From a virus: a stretch of 64,000 nt of DNA. Positions within the stretch are counted from its first letter, which is position 1. Every line of letters begins with the position of its first letter. The notes under the pieces were generated by a model. The model was not told the DNA's origin. It searched no databases and saw only the letters and a program-made list of their open reading frames with translations. This document shows, piece after piece, positions 26,480-36,332 of the stretch. Position numbers and translations under genes: made by a program. The stretch covers positions 50,874 through 114,873 of IMG/VR virus record IMGVR_UViG_3300023174_000089, one strand, 5' to 3'.

Positions 26480-26526
26480 ATGGTATTACTAATAACGCCT
26501 CCGTGGAAGCGCTACTATAATACCAC
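26480..26526 (-). other. About 21-bp intergenic RNA hairpin
   Basis: GTGGTATTA-TAGTAGCGCTTC-CACG-GAGGCGTTATTA-G-TAATACCAT; mismatches are G:U only on the minus strand. Confidence 0.7.
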
Positions 26527-26527
26527 T

Positions 26528-26800
26528 TTAAGCGGTAATTACTGTAACCTTGGAAGGTTTACGATTAGCCTTGATAGCTTTGGCACCGACTGGATTGCGA
26601 AGCGCTTCGAGCTTGGCTTCCAGAGCAGCGATACGAGCGGCCTTCTTTTCAGCACGAGCCAGAGCGGAATTCTGCTTCCGCTGGAAATTGGCTTCACGGT
26701 TAGCCGCAATGTGCTCTTTAATCATTTCCTTAATGGATTTTACCAAAGCCCGCTTTTCACGGATTGAGAGGTTTTGAATGGTATCAATGTATGAAAACAT
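26528..26800 (-). CDS. Basic Ala/Lys-rich early protein
   Basis: AGGAG RBS; first gene after the promoter at 26851. Confidence 0.7.
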   Translation of the reverse strand: MFSYIDTIQNLSIREKRALVKSIKEMIKEHIAANREANFQRKQNSALARAEKKAARIAALEAKLEALRNPVGAKAIKANRKPSKVTVITA

Positions 26801-26850
26801 ATAATGCTCCTATAAAAAATAAATTTAATCAATTAACTACAATAGAACCC

Positions 26851-26878
26851 ATTATACAGGTTCGGCGGTATTTGTCAA
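26851..26878 (-). promoter_or_regulatory. sigma70 early promoter
   Basis: TTGACA-16-TATAAT. Confidence 0.75.
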
Positions 26879-27212
26879 ATGGTATTTTCTGCTGCCGTAA
26901 GCGCTTGATTGGTATAGGGATAATACTTGACCGGCCGGCTGGACTATTGGTGGGGGTGGCTCTCGGACGCATACGGACGCACAGGAGCCCCATGGTGGAC
27001 AAGGCTCGGAGGCGTATAGGAGCAGCTCTGGAGCCGTGTGTGGTATGACTCGGATTCTGCCATTGTGCGAGCTCTGGACCGACTGTTATATTGTAAAGGG
27101 GGGAGGGGGATAGTAAAGCGTTAGCTAAAAAAGCGCCACCAGGTCAAACTCTTTTTTTCAATTTTTTATTTTCTGGGGCTTCCGTCAGGATTTCGAAATT
27201 CCAAATTTTTTT

Positions 27213-27698
27213 TCAGGACCGGTCCACGAGGATTCTCTTTTCTATTTCTTCTAGGTCTTGTAAGATTTTTTTTAATTCGGATACAGTAGCATTACTTTTT
27301 AATGCATTTGCTCGATGTGAAATAATTCTCACATTATCTTTGGTATAACCTCCATCATTGTCAATTCTGTCTATCGATGGTGAATTGTCGGTATATCGAC
27401 CTTGTATATCTTCACGAATCTCAATACCCAATACTGGACAAATTTTTGGTATAATCACATCCGAGATATCAATGTTAAATTCTAAACCTTTTTTCTTAGC
27501 ACGGTTCTTTGCTTTTGTTAGTAGTATACGTTTCTTGTTATTTTTGACATATTCAATCGATTTAATGTTACCACAGATTACACATACACCATCACGTGTA
27601 TATCTTTTGGAAATATGTCCTTTTTCACAAGGTAATCCGGTGAAATAGTGTCTATCACCGTCCAGTTTAGCTTGGTCTCTACTTTTAACGGGATCCAT
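27213..27698 (-). CDS. HNH-type endonuclease with N-terminal Zn-finger
   Basis: YFTG.PC..GH...RY....C..C; CPVLG; SPSIDRID...GY..DNV.IIS.RAN..K. Confidence 0.8.
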   Translation of the reverse strand: MDPVKSRDQAKLDGDRHYFTGLPCEKGHISKRYTRDGVCVICGNIKSIEYVKNNKKRILLTKAKNRAKKKGLEFNIDISDVIIPKICPVLGIEIREDIQGRYTDNSPSIDRIDNDGGYTKDNVRIISHRANALKSNATVSELKKILQDLEEIEKRILVDRS

Positions 27699-28114
27699 GG
27701 AGTTGTTTCTCTAATTCATTAATACGGTCTACAAGTTTCATTACATCTTCAACTGGTACCCATTTACCAGAGATATCGGTACAGAAGGCTCTCATACGGT
27801 CACCCGAAATATGAATGGTTTGTTGGTTATATCCAATATTATGTTTCTCTAAAGTTTCTACCATACTCTTATTCATGTTGTATCAAAGTCCTTTCTTGTA
27901 TTAACCAGTATCTTTCTACAGCAGCCTTAGCGGTTTCAGAATTAATATACATGCCTAATGAAATAGCTTGACTGGTATTAGGATAAACTGTGGTGGTATG
28001 TTTCGTATTAATCTGATGACCAGCACGGTTTACTTCACCAATGATTCGACCAGTATCATCATAGTATAGAAAGTGTGCAACGGTCTCTCCGTCCTTCCAT
28101 TGGTGGATATTCAT
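27685..28114 (-). other. Two small hypothetical CDSs (27685-27876, 27869-28114)
   Basis: Overlapping stop/start packing. Confidence 0.55.
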
Positions 28115-28262
28115 ATAAACCTATCTGGTCGATCAAAGACCATTGCGATACCACAGATAGTCAGAAGAAGATAACCTTTCGGTGTTTTCTCTTTGAAGAA
28201 CCAGAAAGATGGTGAAAGCCAAAGAGATGGATAAGTCCAGTATTGGAAGATGTGTAGTAACC

Positions 28263-28481
28263 TCATTTGGCGTCCCTATCTTTAATGAGTAAATTGGAAA
28301 TTGTTTTCCCATTTTGGTCGGTGCAAATCCAAGTATGGCTCAGCGGCTTCTGAGGCCGACATTGGAGAATGATTTCCCGACCTTTAGAATCTTTTGCGGG
28401 AGCCTCGGAAGGCGCTTCTTGTCCGGAGGCGGCGGAAACGCAGAGGATTAAGAGAGATGGTATTAGAAGGAGTTTTGCCAT
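28263..28481 (-). CDS. Secreted small protein with two Cys
   Basis: Signal-peptide-like N-terminus. Confidence 0.5.
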   Translation of the reverse strand: MAKLLLIPSLLILCVSAASGQEAPSEAPAKDSKGREIILQCRPQKPLSHTWICTDQNGKTISNLLIKDRDAK

Positions 28482-28680
28482 AATATAATGATACGTTTCG
28501 CAGAGGCGTTTCGCTATTGTGTGAGGTTACGCCAGAGGTCCTTGTAAGTTTCGATGAGGGTTATCCAGAGAGTAATCACGGTACGGATCGGATGCTCAAT
28601 GAGGGTTGCGAATGCGATGAGTGTTGCTGGTATGGCAACCAGAACGGTGATGATAAAGCCGATAATGCCTAAAAACGTAA

Positions 28681-29403
28681 TCATGTTGTTTCTTTCACAT
28701 ATTCATTTGAAATGGTTCGTGCTTCTTCTTCGGTGGTGGCGGTACGAACAGCCTGCCACACTCTGTTATTATAACATTCAATGGTGTAATGAGTTCTACG
28801 GTCATATACATCAGCCTGTCGGCTGTTTTCGGTAATACTAAATTTAGGTCCTAGTTTTTGTGTTGTCATATTTAAGTCAAGCGGTATCTGTTCAGTTAAT
28901 GGTGTAAAAAATAAATTCTTTTGTACCATTATCTCTCCCACTTTTGACCGCCCTTCAGAAAATCAATAATCTTTTTGGATGTAGACACATGACGATCCTT
29001 CACTTTAAGCAACTCATCAAATTCTTTAGATAGAATAGTTAATTTTTTACTTTCTATAACCGCATCTTCGTAACCTGGATGATAAGGTGCTTCTGCAACA
29101 AGGTTCGGTTCTTCCATGCCGTTGGCAGAAGATGGTGTTACACAAGTTAAACCTGGATCATAAGCCGCTTTTCTATCATCTGATGTAAATGTGGTCATAT
29201 TATCTCCTATCGAATTCTTGATCTAACTCCATTTCTTTACGAATCTCATCAATACGGTGTTGTAATACAGAAGCGGCCGTATTAAAATGTCCTGTGCCTT
29301 CGGATTTAGGTTTATAGTAGTGTCGTAATAAAGTTTCTTTTTCGGTTTCTAAAACGGCAATATATTCTTCGTTAGTAATATCAAAAGGCATATCATTCTC
29401 CAA
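28681..29403 (-). other. Three small hypothetical CDSs (28681-28941, 28929-29198, 29200-29403)
   Basis: GGAG RBSs; MTTFTSDDR and EGTGHFNTA phage motifs. Confidence 0.55.
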
Positions 29404-29653
29404 AAATTAAAACAATCTCATTCTCACTTACAATATAATAATCTTTATTGTCGTATTTGATTTTTCTTGCTTGGTTCCAATTGGGTAATACCAGATCACC
29501 TTCTTTGACTAATTCGACATTTGGTCCAAGTGATACTACTTTACCTCGATTGGCTTCTGCTGGATCGGCCGATGAAAGAACAATACCAGAACTGGTAACC
29601 TTTTCTTTCTCGATCAACTCTACTGCTACATTATTCTTGATAGGTCTTAACAA
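29393..29653 (-). CDS. groES: GroES/Cpn10 co-chaperonin
   Basis: LRPI...V.V......T.SGIVL, G.VV..GP....VK.GD.V, Y.IV.E.EI. Confidence 0.85.
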   Translation of the reverse strand: MLRPIKNNVAVELIEKEKVTSSGIVLSSADPAEANRGKVVSLGPNVELVKEGDLVLPNWNQARKIKYDNKDYYIVSENEIVLIFGE

Positions 29654-29888
29654 TTACAAATCTCCTTCCATCATTACACATAGTTACCACATCTATTGGA
29701 GCATCATAACTCAACTTATTACAATTATACTGTATCTCAATCATTTTGTCAAATTTTTTGTGGTAATCATCATTAGACGTATAGGCATAGGCCATCGTCA
29801 AGGCAATTATAAAGAGGGAGAGTCGGAGATATTCTAACATACCCTTATATATGCCAGTATTATCTCCGTTGCGCCGCCAACTGGTCAA
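29631..29888 (-). CDS. Membrane-anchored hypothetical protein (true start probably MLEYL)
   Basis: One TM segment, two Cys. Confidence 0.5.
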   Translation of the reverse strand: MTSWRRNGDNTGIYKGMLEYLRLSLFIIALTMAYAYTSNDDYHKKFDKMIEIQYNCNKLSYDAPIDVVTMCNDGRRFVIVKTYQE

Positions 29889-29968
29889 TTACCTCTTGTA
29901 TTTTATTTCGTATATAACTACCATGTGGCGTCCAAGGCAGAAGATGTTTTAGAAATTTCAGTAGTTCA

Positions 29969-30259
29969 TCAGGATGCATCTTTGAAAATACTCGACCATT
30001 TTTCTAGTTTCTTCTTTTTAAGTTCCATATAGGTCATCAAATCTTCTTCGTTGACTACCTTTTGTTCTACTAATAATCCAATCATACAAAGTAACTGTCC
30101 TAGTTCCATCGTTAGGCATTCTCTGGTTGTTGGTGAATCTTCATTTGGGTAACACGAATCAAAACCGAACCGAAATATCTTTGAGGCGGATTGAATTACT
30201 TCAGCACATTCTTCTTGTAATATAATTAATGTTTCTCTTGTTTTATTTTCCACAATCAT
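29969..30259 (-). CDS. MazG-like NTP pyrophosphohydrolase
   Basis: LQEECAEVIQ..SK..RFG...L..ELG.L. Confidence 0.75.
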   Translation of the reverse strand: MIVENKTRETLIILQEECAEVIQSASKIFRFGFDSCYPNEDSPTTRECLTMELGQLLCMIGLLVEQKVVNEEDLMTYMELKKKKLEKWSSIFKDAS

Positions 30260-30907
30260 CTTCTACAAATTTAATTACAGGCATGTATTCTTCCACTTTT
30301 TTAATTGCTGCCTCTTTTGTGGGAGCAATTACTTTGCAAGTATACAAACCATCTTTCATACTAATCGTAAATGGTACAACACCATTAATAAACCATTCTT
30401 CTTGCACATAACACTTGATATGCCATTCTCTGGCATCAAGGCAGCGTTTAATCATTTCATCAGCAATTTTCTTAGGATTGAATTCATCTTCAGCAATCAT
30501 ATTAGACATCATTCCACCTTTCAACTAAAAATTGTGGACCTTTCTTTTCTTCGGCCAGCACATAATCTTCGGCCAAATCTTCTGCTCGTTGATAGTCAGC
30601 CGTTGTTTCTTTTTTAATTATCTTATCATTCAGATAATAGACAATCGTATAATTGAAATCAGCTCGTTCAACAATTGCTTTTTTATCACCATTCATAAAA
30701 GTAGACATTTGCATTTTATTCTCCAAAGGCATATTTCTTGGCAGCTTCTTCTGCTTCTTCTTCTGTTGCAAAAAACTCTGTCTTAAACAAATCAGACTCT
30801 TTAAAAAAGTCCACAATATATGGTGACATCACACAGGATGCCACGAATATAATTTCTGCATGCCGGTGACCTTGAGCACCGAAAAAGGATACGATTTCGT
30901 TAATCAT
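30243..30907 (-). other. Three small hypothetical CDSs (30243-30524, 30502-30816, 30716-30907)
   Basis: Operon packing; the latter two share an AE..A..Y C-terminal motif. Confidence 0.55.
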
Positions 30908-33015
30908 GCTATTAGTCCTATAAAGCGATTCAACACAACACGGTTTGATAACCGGTTACCAGCATATTTACTAAATGCAGATACAAGACCACGAGTAGTT
31001 GCATTTTCTTTTACAACAAATTCTGTATCATCATCCGTATCTAGGCCTTCCGAACGGAGCAAATAATATTCATCAAAGCCAGCATTGGTTACAATCTTAT
31101 ACTTTTCTTTACGGAACTCAGATTTTAATTTGGCATGATCTGATGATCTCGGAAAGAAGTTATGTGCAACACGGCCAAACTCACGACTAGACAATACATA
31201 GAAACCAATAATGTTGCATTGTGTTCTGACCTTCAACATTTTGACATAAGCAGTCATCAACTCATTACCATAACTATGGTAAATCTTTTCTTCGTGTTTG
31301 GTAATAGGATCACGGAGAACAAGCACTTTTTCTTTACCATATGCAGAACCAAAATCTAAATCTGGATTATTGTAACCAGATAGTCTTTGTTTTTTGCCAT
31401 TACTATCTAAATTTGAGAACATAACATTTCTTACAGGATTACCATCACCATCGGTAAGAAATACCGTGTTTACAATTTGTAGTTTGTAATCTTTTTGAAA
31501 CTGTGGCACAATCTTCATGGCAGAGATTACACCCTCATAGAGAGGAGTTCCACCGAGCTGCATCCAGTGTGGTCGTGGTGCTCTAGGTTTAGCACAGCTC
31601 ACCAAAGCAGAACAAGCATAAGTGAATTCAGAAGCCGACATTTTACTTGATAACAAATTCATTAGTTTGAAACCATTTAAATCCAAATCACCTTCTTTAA
31701 AATCAACATGATACTTATCAGTATGTTCAGAGGTGAAAGCATATACTTCGTAAGGAATGTTTACCTTCTTACAGAACATGACCAAATTGATTAATTGTTT
31801 AACAGTATTTTCCATATGGTCAGACATAGAACCAGACCAATCAAGGAACATTACGAGACCATGTGATTTGCCTTCAGGTAACACAGTCATGCGTTTGAAA
31901 ATATCTTCGGTAAATTTATACGCATAAACTTTGTTAAGATTCAATTCACCAGTTTTGGCAATTGATGCACGTTTCTGTTGATCGGCATTCTTACGCAATT
32001 CAAATTCTTTGGCCAAATAACCAACAACTTTTTTAGCATCATTACGAATTTTCATAAATTCTGCTGTGTCAATACCAGACATATTATATTTGGCCAAATC
32101 GTTTTTGTATTCAGTCCATAATTGTTTGTATGGCATTACTGCTTTTTTCAAATCGATATCGTTGATATTACCATAATAGAAATGCCTGTTACTTGATTCG
32201 AATAGTTTGCTTTCATTCTTACGATACGATTTATCAGTGTGCGAATCCAATGCACCTTCATCACTGCCTTCATGGCCTGCTAGATTTTTCTGTTGTGCAC
32301 CACTTTCGATTTCATCCATTGATTCATCGGTGTTTGAATTCGGTTTGCCAAACTTTTCAATAACATCATCATCAAATTCATCAGAATCATCATAACCATC
32401 AGCCGAAAAATCACCATCTGGATTTTCTTCAAATTCAGGAATAGCTACTTGGCGTTCTTCTTTTTCTTTTTTCATATACGCCATTATTTTGTATGCAAGC
32501 TGAATCACATCATCATAAGTTTCAGTAGATTCGATTTCATTAACTAAACCACGCTCTTCGTCATTGAATTTGATACCTTGTGCTGCACCACCTTTTGTAT
32601 AAAGGTTTACACGGTCAATGAAATTCATATCGTTCAAATCTACACCACTGGTACCAAAGAAATCTTTTTCAATCAGTTCACGATAACCACGAACAAAAGA
32701 GGAACGAATACCAGGATATTTGTTTTTGATTTTTCTTTCAATACGAGAATCTTCCAGCACATTCATAATACCCATTGGGATTTTTTCTTCATGTGCTTTC
32801 ATCATACCATCTAAAGGAGTGTAAAGTGCATGGCCAACTTCGTGACCTAGAAAAAGATCATAGAGATAACCCGAGATGTTTTTATCAAGGACTGGAACGG
32901 TTAGGATACGGTTCTTTACATCAAACGCAGCTGTATTGGTATTGCGCTGTTCAATGGTTAAATTTTCGTTGGCCATTAGTTTGGCAAGTAATGATTTAGA
33001 TTGAATGAGTTCCAT
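30904..33015 (-). CDS. CobT-like metallopeptidase-motif/VWA protein (MoxR partner)
   Basis: HEVGHALYT, NVLED.RIE, acidic linker, DWSGSM MIDAS, GTPL, LTDGD. Confidence 0.85.
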   Translation of the reverse strand: MELIQSKSLLAKLMANENLTIEQRNTNTAAFDVKNRILTVPVLDKNISGYLYDLFLGHEVGHALYTPLDGMMKAHEEKIPMGIMNVLEDSRIERKIKNKYPGIRSSFVRGYRELIEKDFFGTSGVDLNDMNFIDRVNLYTKGGAAQGIKFNDEERGLVNEIESTETYDDVIQLAYKIMAYMKKEKEERQVAIPEFEENPDGDFSADGYDDSDEFDDDVIEKFGKPNSNTDESMDEIESGAQQKNLAGHEGSDEGALDSHTDKSYRKNESKLFESSNRHFYYGNINDIDLKKAVMPYKQLWTEYKNDLAKYNMSGIDTAEFMKIRNDAKKVVGYLAKEFELRKNADQQKRASIAKTGELNLNKVYAYKFTEDIFKRMTVLPEGKSHGLVMFLDWSGSMSDHMENTVKQLINLVMFCKKVNIPYEVYAFTSEHTDKYHVDFKEGDLDLNGFKLMNLLSSKMSASEFTYACSALVSCAKPRAPRPHWMQLGGTPLYEGVISAMKIVPQFQKDYKLQIVNTVFLTDGDGNPVRNVMFSNLDSNGKKQRLSGYNNPDLDFGSAYGKEKVLVLRDPITKHEEKIYHSYGNELMTAYVKMLKVRTQCNIIGFYVLSSREFGRVAHNFFPRSSDHAKLKSEFRKEKYKIVTNAGFDEYYLLRSEGLDTDDDTEFVVKENATTRGLVSAFSKYAGNRLSNRVVLNRFIGLIA

Positions 33016-33038
33016 AAATTCTCCGAGTTAATACGAAT

Positions 33039-33090
33039 ATTATCTCATATTCCACATACTTTGTCAAATGAGTGTTGTATGAAAACAACA
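33039..33090 (-). promoter_or_regulatory. sigma70 promoter plus TGTTG-N8-CAACA box
   Basis: TTGACA-17-GATAAT; palindrome at 33073-33090. Confidence 0.75.
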
Positions 33091-33091
33091 A

Positions 33092-33518
33092 TCATTTAAA
33101 CGAATACATTTCCTGAATCTTTTGGTACTCGGAAAGGTCTTTTTCCATACCAGATAATACTGCCCATTTCCGAGTAACGATATCCAAGCGTTTCCACGCA
33201 GGAATTTCATCATCATCTACGATTGCATTTAGCCAAAAATAGTTGGATTTTTCATCCATGATTTTTTCCTTCGTTTTTATCAAAAATTCGTTGTTCAATC
33301 GCAGTTGCCAGCTCATCGGCAAGCTTCGGATTGAATTTTACCAGAAAATGAGCGACATCATCAGCTGGTATATGACGCAGATTGTGCATAATTTCATCAA
33401 TTCCACGATAAATTTGTGTTTCTTCCCATTGTGTTAACATATTTACCTCACATTTTATAAAAAGTTTCATTCGGAACAATAATTTTGCCTTCTTTTTTTG
33501 CTTTTCCGAGCGTTTCAA
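33092..33518 (-). other. Two small hypothetical CDSs (33092-33322, 33252-33518; true starts likely MDEKS and MLTQW)
   Basis: RBSs at the internal Met codons. Confidence 0.5.
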
Positions 33519-33621
33519 GCAATTTTAACTCAATTTCGAGCTCTTTGGCAGACAAATTTTGCAAATATTCCTCATAATCGTCCCAATCTTCATTATTCCA
33601 GCCTTTTGGATTCATTTTTGA

Positions 33622-34020
33622 CTATCTCCGCATGCTGGAAATTTCTTTTGCTTCAGTATCCGTGAAAACCGGCACAGCATTTGACTTATGCATTGTAGCC
33701 ACACCTTTCATTTTGTCACCTGTATAAGAAAATGGAAGTTTTTTTGTGCAAGGCACAAAACCAGTATCTACGGACGCAAATTTAGGAGTTTCTCGACCTA
33801 CAGGAACCTTGTAAGAAGGAACATTGTTATAATTCTTCGTGGATTTGGTTTTACTGAAATTGGTAGTGATTGAATTAATGGTAGTTAACCATTCTTCGTT
33901 TTGAATTTGCTTGGCTTTTGAAACCTTGCGTTGTTTGCTTTTTGGAATATATCCGTAGATCATCATAACAATTCTCCATTGTAGAAGAACCATTATACTA
34001 CAGGAATAGGGGAATGTCAA
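33622..34020 (-). CDS. Conserved T4-like hypothetical protein (start likely MMIYG)
   Basis: YTG....G.ATMHKSNAVPVF....A.EIS.MRR. Confidence 0.75.
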   Translation of the reverse strand: MTFPYSCSIMVLLQWRIVMMIYGYIPKSKQRKVSKAKQIQNEEWLTTINSITTNFSKTKSTKNYNNVPSYKVPVGRETPKFASVDTGFVPCTKKLPFSYTGDKMKGVATMHKSNAVPVFTDTEAKEISSMRR

Positions 34021-34045
34021 TACAGAATGTTGCTAGGATACAACA
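33992..34045 (-). promoter_or_regulatory. sigma70 promoter plus TGTTG-N8-CAACA box
   Basis: TTGACA-17-TATAAT; palindrome at 34028-34045. Confidence 0.8.
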
Positions 34046-34118
34046 CTATTACCAATACCTCTTATCTGAAAGCGGACATACCTACTTATGCTTAAAAAAC
34101 AGAAAAATATTGGTATTT

Positions 34119-34301
34119 TTAAGAATTCTTACTATGTGAAATTTCATATTCTTCGAAATCTTCACTTTGCCAGTTTTTAAACTGTTTCTTTACTTCTGGA
34201 TGTTCACCACGGCGTTTTTTGGTGTGTAATACTGTTTTAGCGTAAGTGTAATCATCATTATAATCTTTGTTTTTGCGAAACTTACCTACAAACTTTGTCA
34301 A
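34119..34301 (-). CDS. Hypothetical protein
   Basis: GGAG RBS with TTG start. Confidence 0.5.
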   Translation of the reverse strand: MTKFVGKFRKNKDYNDDYTYAKTVLHTKKRRGEHPEVKKQFKNWQSEDFEEYEISHSKNS

Positions 34302-34310
34302 TTAAATCTC

Positions 34311-34682
34311 CTATTTCATGGTTTCAAAATTGATGCCTTTTATTTTGGTTTCTGGCATATTAAACATATCATCTTCTGAAATATAAGTTATACTTGCATC
34401 CGGATAACATGCTTTTATAATTTTGAGTAATTGGCAGACGGTGCCATCGGAATCATTAAATGAAAATACTTCATCTACACATTTTAAACTTTTTATGATG
34501 TTCCTGCGTGATTCATAATTTTGAACAAAACCACCATCTGCCCAAGCAAGATACCAATCGGAGTGAACACCAACAGCCAACCAATCTCCTCTCCTTCTAC
34601 ATTTCTGTAAGAAACTGAGTTGATGGTTTGTAAGTGGGTCAAATTTTCCTGATACTACTACTATCCTATCTTGTGGATGCAT
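34311..34682 (-). CDS. Cytidylyltransferase-like protein with degenerate HxGH motif
   Basis: VVVSGKFDPL, GD.L.VGVHSD, R..II.SLKCVDEV; HxGH position reads TNHQ. Confidence 0.7.
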   Translation of the reverse strand: MHPQDRIVVVSGKFDPLTNHQLSFLQKCRRRGDWLAVGVHSDWYLAWADGGFVQNYESRRNIIKSLKCVDEVFSFNDSDGTVCQLLKIIKACYPDASITYISEDDMFNMPETKIKGINFETMK

Positions 34683-35105
34683 TTATGGTAAAAGTTGTGG
34701 AAAAGCTTCTTTAACAAATTTGTAATTTAAACCTTTGACACCTAAATCTTTACTTAATATACCAATAACAACCTCTGCTTCACGTGGTTCTAAGGATTCA
34801 ACTAATTGTAATAATAATTGCTTCCTTCTTTCCTCTGATAACTTTTCGGCTGTATCATCACCCTTTCTAAACAAATACAATTTTCTAATTTCTGTTGAGA
34901 GTTGTGCTCTAGAAATTCCAGGTAAAGTATCTGGAATTTTATACTCATCTGGCATTTCTGTTATGAGAAATTCATAATTTGGATGAAAAGCCAATTCTAA
35001 TACTTGTACCAAAGTCTTTGACAGATTTTTTTCAATTACTGCCATTTTTTCTTTTTTTGATGCGGCTTCTTCAAATTCATCAAATACTTCATAAATATTT
35101 TTCAT
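34683..35105 (-). CDS. Conserved T4-like protein downstream of rnh
   Basis: RKLYLF.KG, Q..ESL...EA, V..AFP.LL. Confidence 0.7.
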   Translation of the reverse strand: MKNIYEVFDEFEEAASKKEKMAVIEKNLSKTLVQVLELAFHPNYEFLITEMPDEYKIPDTLPGISRAQLSTEIRKLYLFRKGDDTAEKLSEERRKQLLLQLVESLEPREAEVVIGILSKDLGVKGLNYKFVKEAFPQLLP

Positions 35106-35950
35106 TAAAACTCCTCGATTACGTCCATTAAATTTTTAAGTTTGTGTTCCATAAAATAGTTCAATAACTTACCTTTGGCAGGTTTTGTTTCTTCATAGGT
35201 ATTTATGATTTTTTGTTTGATATCGCCAGGAATGTTTCTGAGGTCAATAAGTGTCTGATTACGTGAAAAACCTGTTCGAGCGCTTTCATCTTCCCATTCA
35301 CCATAGTGAACATCTAAGTATTTTTCAATAAGTTTTTGTGTAATTGGTTTCTGTCGTAGGTCACGGACAAAACAATCAGCAGGAGAAAAAATATTTGGTA
35401 TACCATCACCTTTGTCACCACGAATAATCTTTTCTTTTAGTTCTAAATGTGGATCAGCAGATTTGACATATTTCTTCTGTGATGGATTGTATTGTTTAAC
35501 ATTACTTCCATACATTTGCAATTGTAGAAAGTCACCATCACTTGATAGTATTAAAATCTTTTCAGATGGAGCATAGATTGGTACCAGTGTGCCAATAATA
35601 TCATCTGCTTCTGCACCTTCAACATCAATTACTTTATAGGGAAAATTATCTCTTAATTCTTGTTTAAGTTTGGCAAGAATATCAAAGATTAGATGCCAGT
35701 CCAAATCAGATTTCTCTCTCGTCTTTTTTCGACCAGCTTTATAGAATGGGAAAAAATCTTTACGCCAATATTTACGGTTATCACAACACAATACAATTTC
35801 ACCGTATTCTTTTTTAAAGTTCTTTACGTGAGTTCGTATGATGTTTAACACCATGTGACGGATTAAACTTTCTTCTAACTTACCTTTATGATTGGCAATC
35901 TGTGCCATGAGGCCAGCTAGTAACACTTGATTCAAATCAACTAAAATCAT
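35105..35950 (-). CDS. rnh: T4-type RNase H (5'-3' exonuclease)
   Basis: ILVDLNQ, YWR...P.YKA.R, EADDIIG, SSDGDF.QL, GDKGDGIPN. Confidence 0.95.
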   Translation of the reverse strand: MILVDLNQVLLAGLMAQIANHKGKLEESLIRHMVLNIIRTHVKNFKKEYGEIVLCCDNRKYWRKDFFPFYKAGRKKTREKSDLDWHLIFDILAKLKQELRDNFPYKVIDVEGAEADDIIGTLVPIYAPSEKILILSSDGDFLQLQMYGSNVKQYNPSQKKYVKSADPHLELKEKIIRGDKGDGIPNIFSPADCFVRDLRQKPITQKLIEKYLDVHYGEWEDESARTGFSRNQTLIDLRNIPGDIKQKIINTYEETKPAKGKLLNYFMEHKLKNLMDVIEEF

Positions 35951-35981
35951 AATAAACTTTCAATAGTTTCCAATATTACCT

Positions 35982-36010
35982 ATTGTATCATTCTTTTTTG
36001 AACCTGTCAA
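35982..36010 (-). promoter_or_regulatory. sigma70 promoter of rnh
   Basis: TTGACA-17-TACAAT. Confidence 0.7.
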
Positions 36011-36332
36011 CTATCTTTTCAATGATTTTTTGAGATGTGGTAGTTTTCTTGGCAATTATACCAAGCCAACCGGAAGGTATTAAGTTTGAAATGTATTCCA
36101 ATGGATCAGGTAATATGGCATCAAAGTGATCAAAATCAACATACTTGTCCTGTGTTTCGTGACACCTAAAGAGAACAATGTGATACGCATCACCCATATC
36201 ACTACCGCCAATCTTTTCTCCAGGATTGGCATAATCTTGTCCTAGAATTTGAATTGAATTTTCTTTGTCACCATCCAAAAATGTTAAGAAATCAAATTTA
36301 TCATTTTTGAGTGGCCTGAGAAAGTCTAACAT
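35988..36332 (-). CDS. Hypothetical protein
   Basis: Operon packing. Confidence 0.6.
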   Translation of the reverse strand: MLDFLRPLKNDKFDFLTFLDGDKENSIQILGQDYANPGEKIGGSDMGDAYHIVLFRCHETQDKYVDFDHFDAILPDPLEYISNLIPSGWLGIIAKKTTTSQKIIEKIVDRFKKE

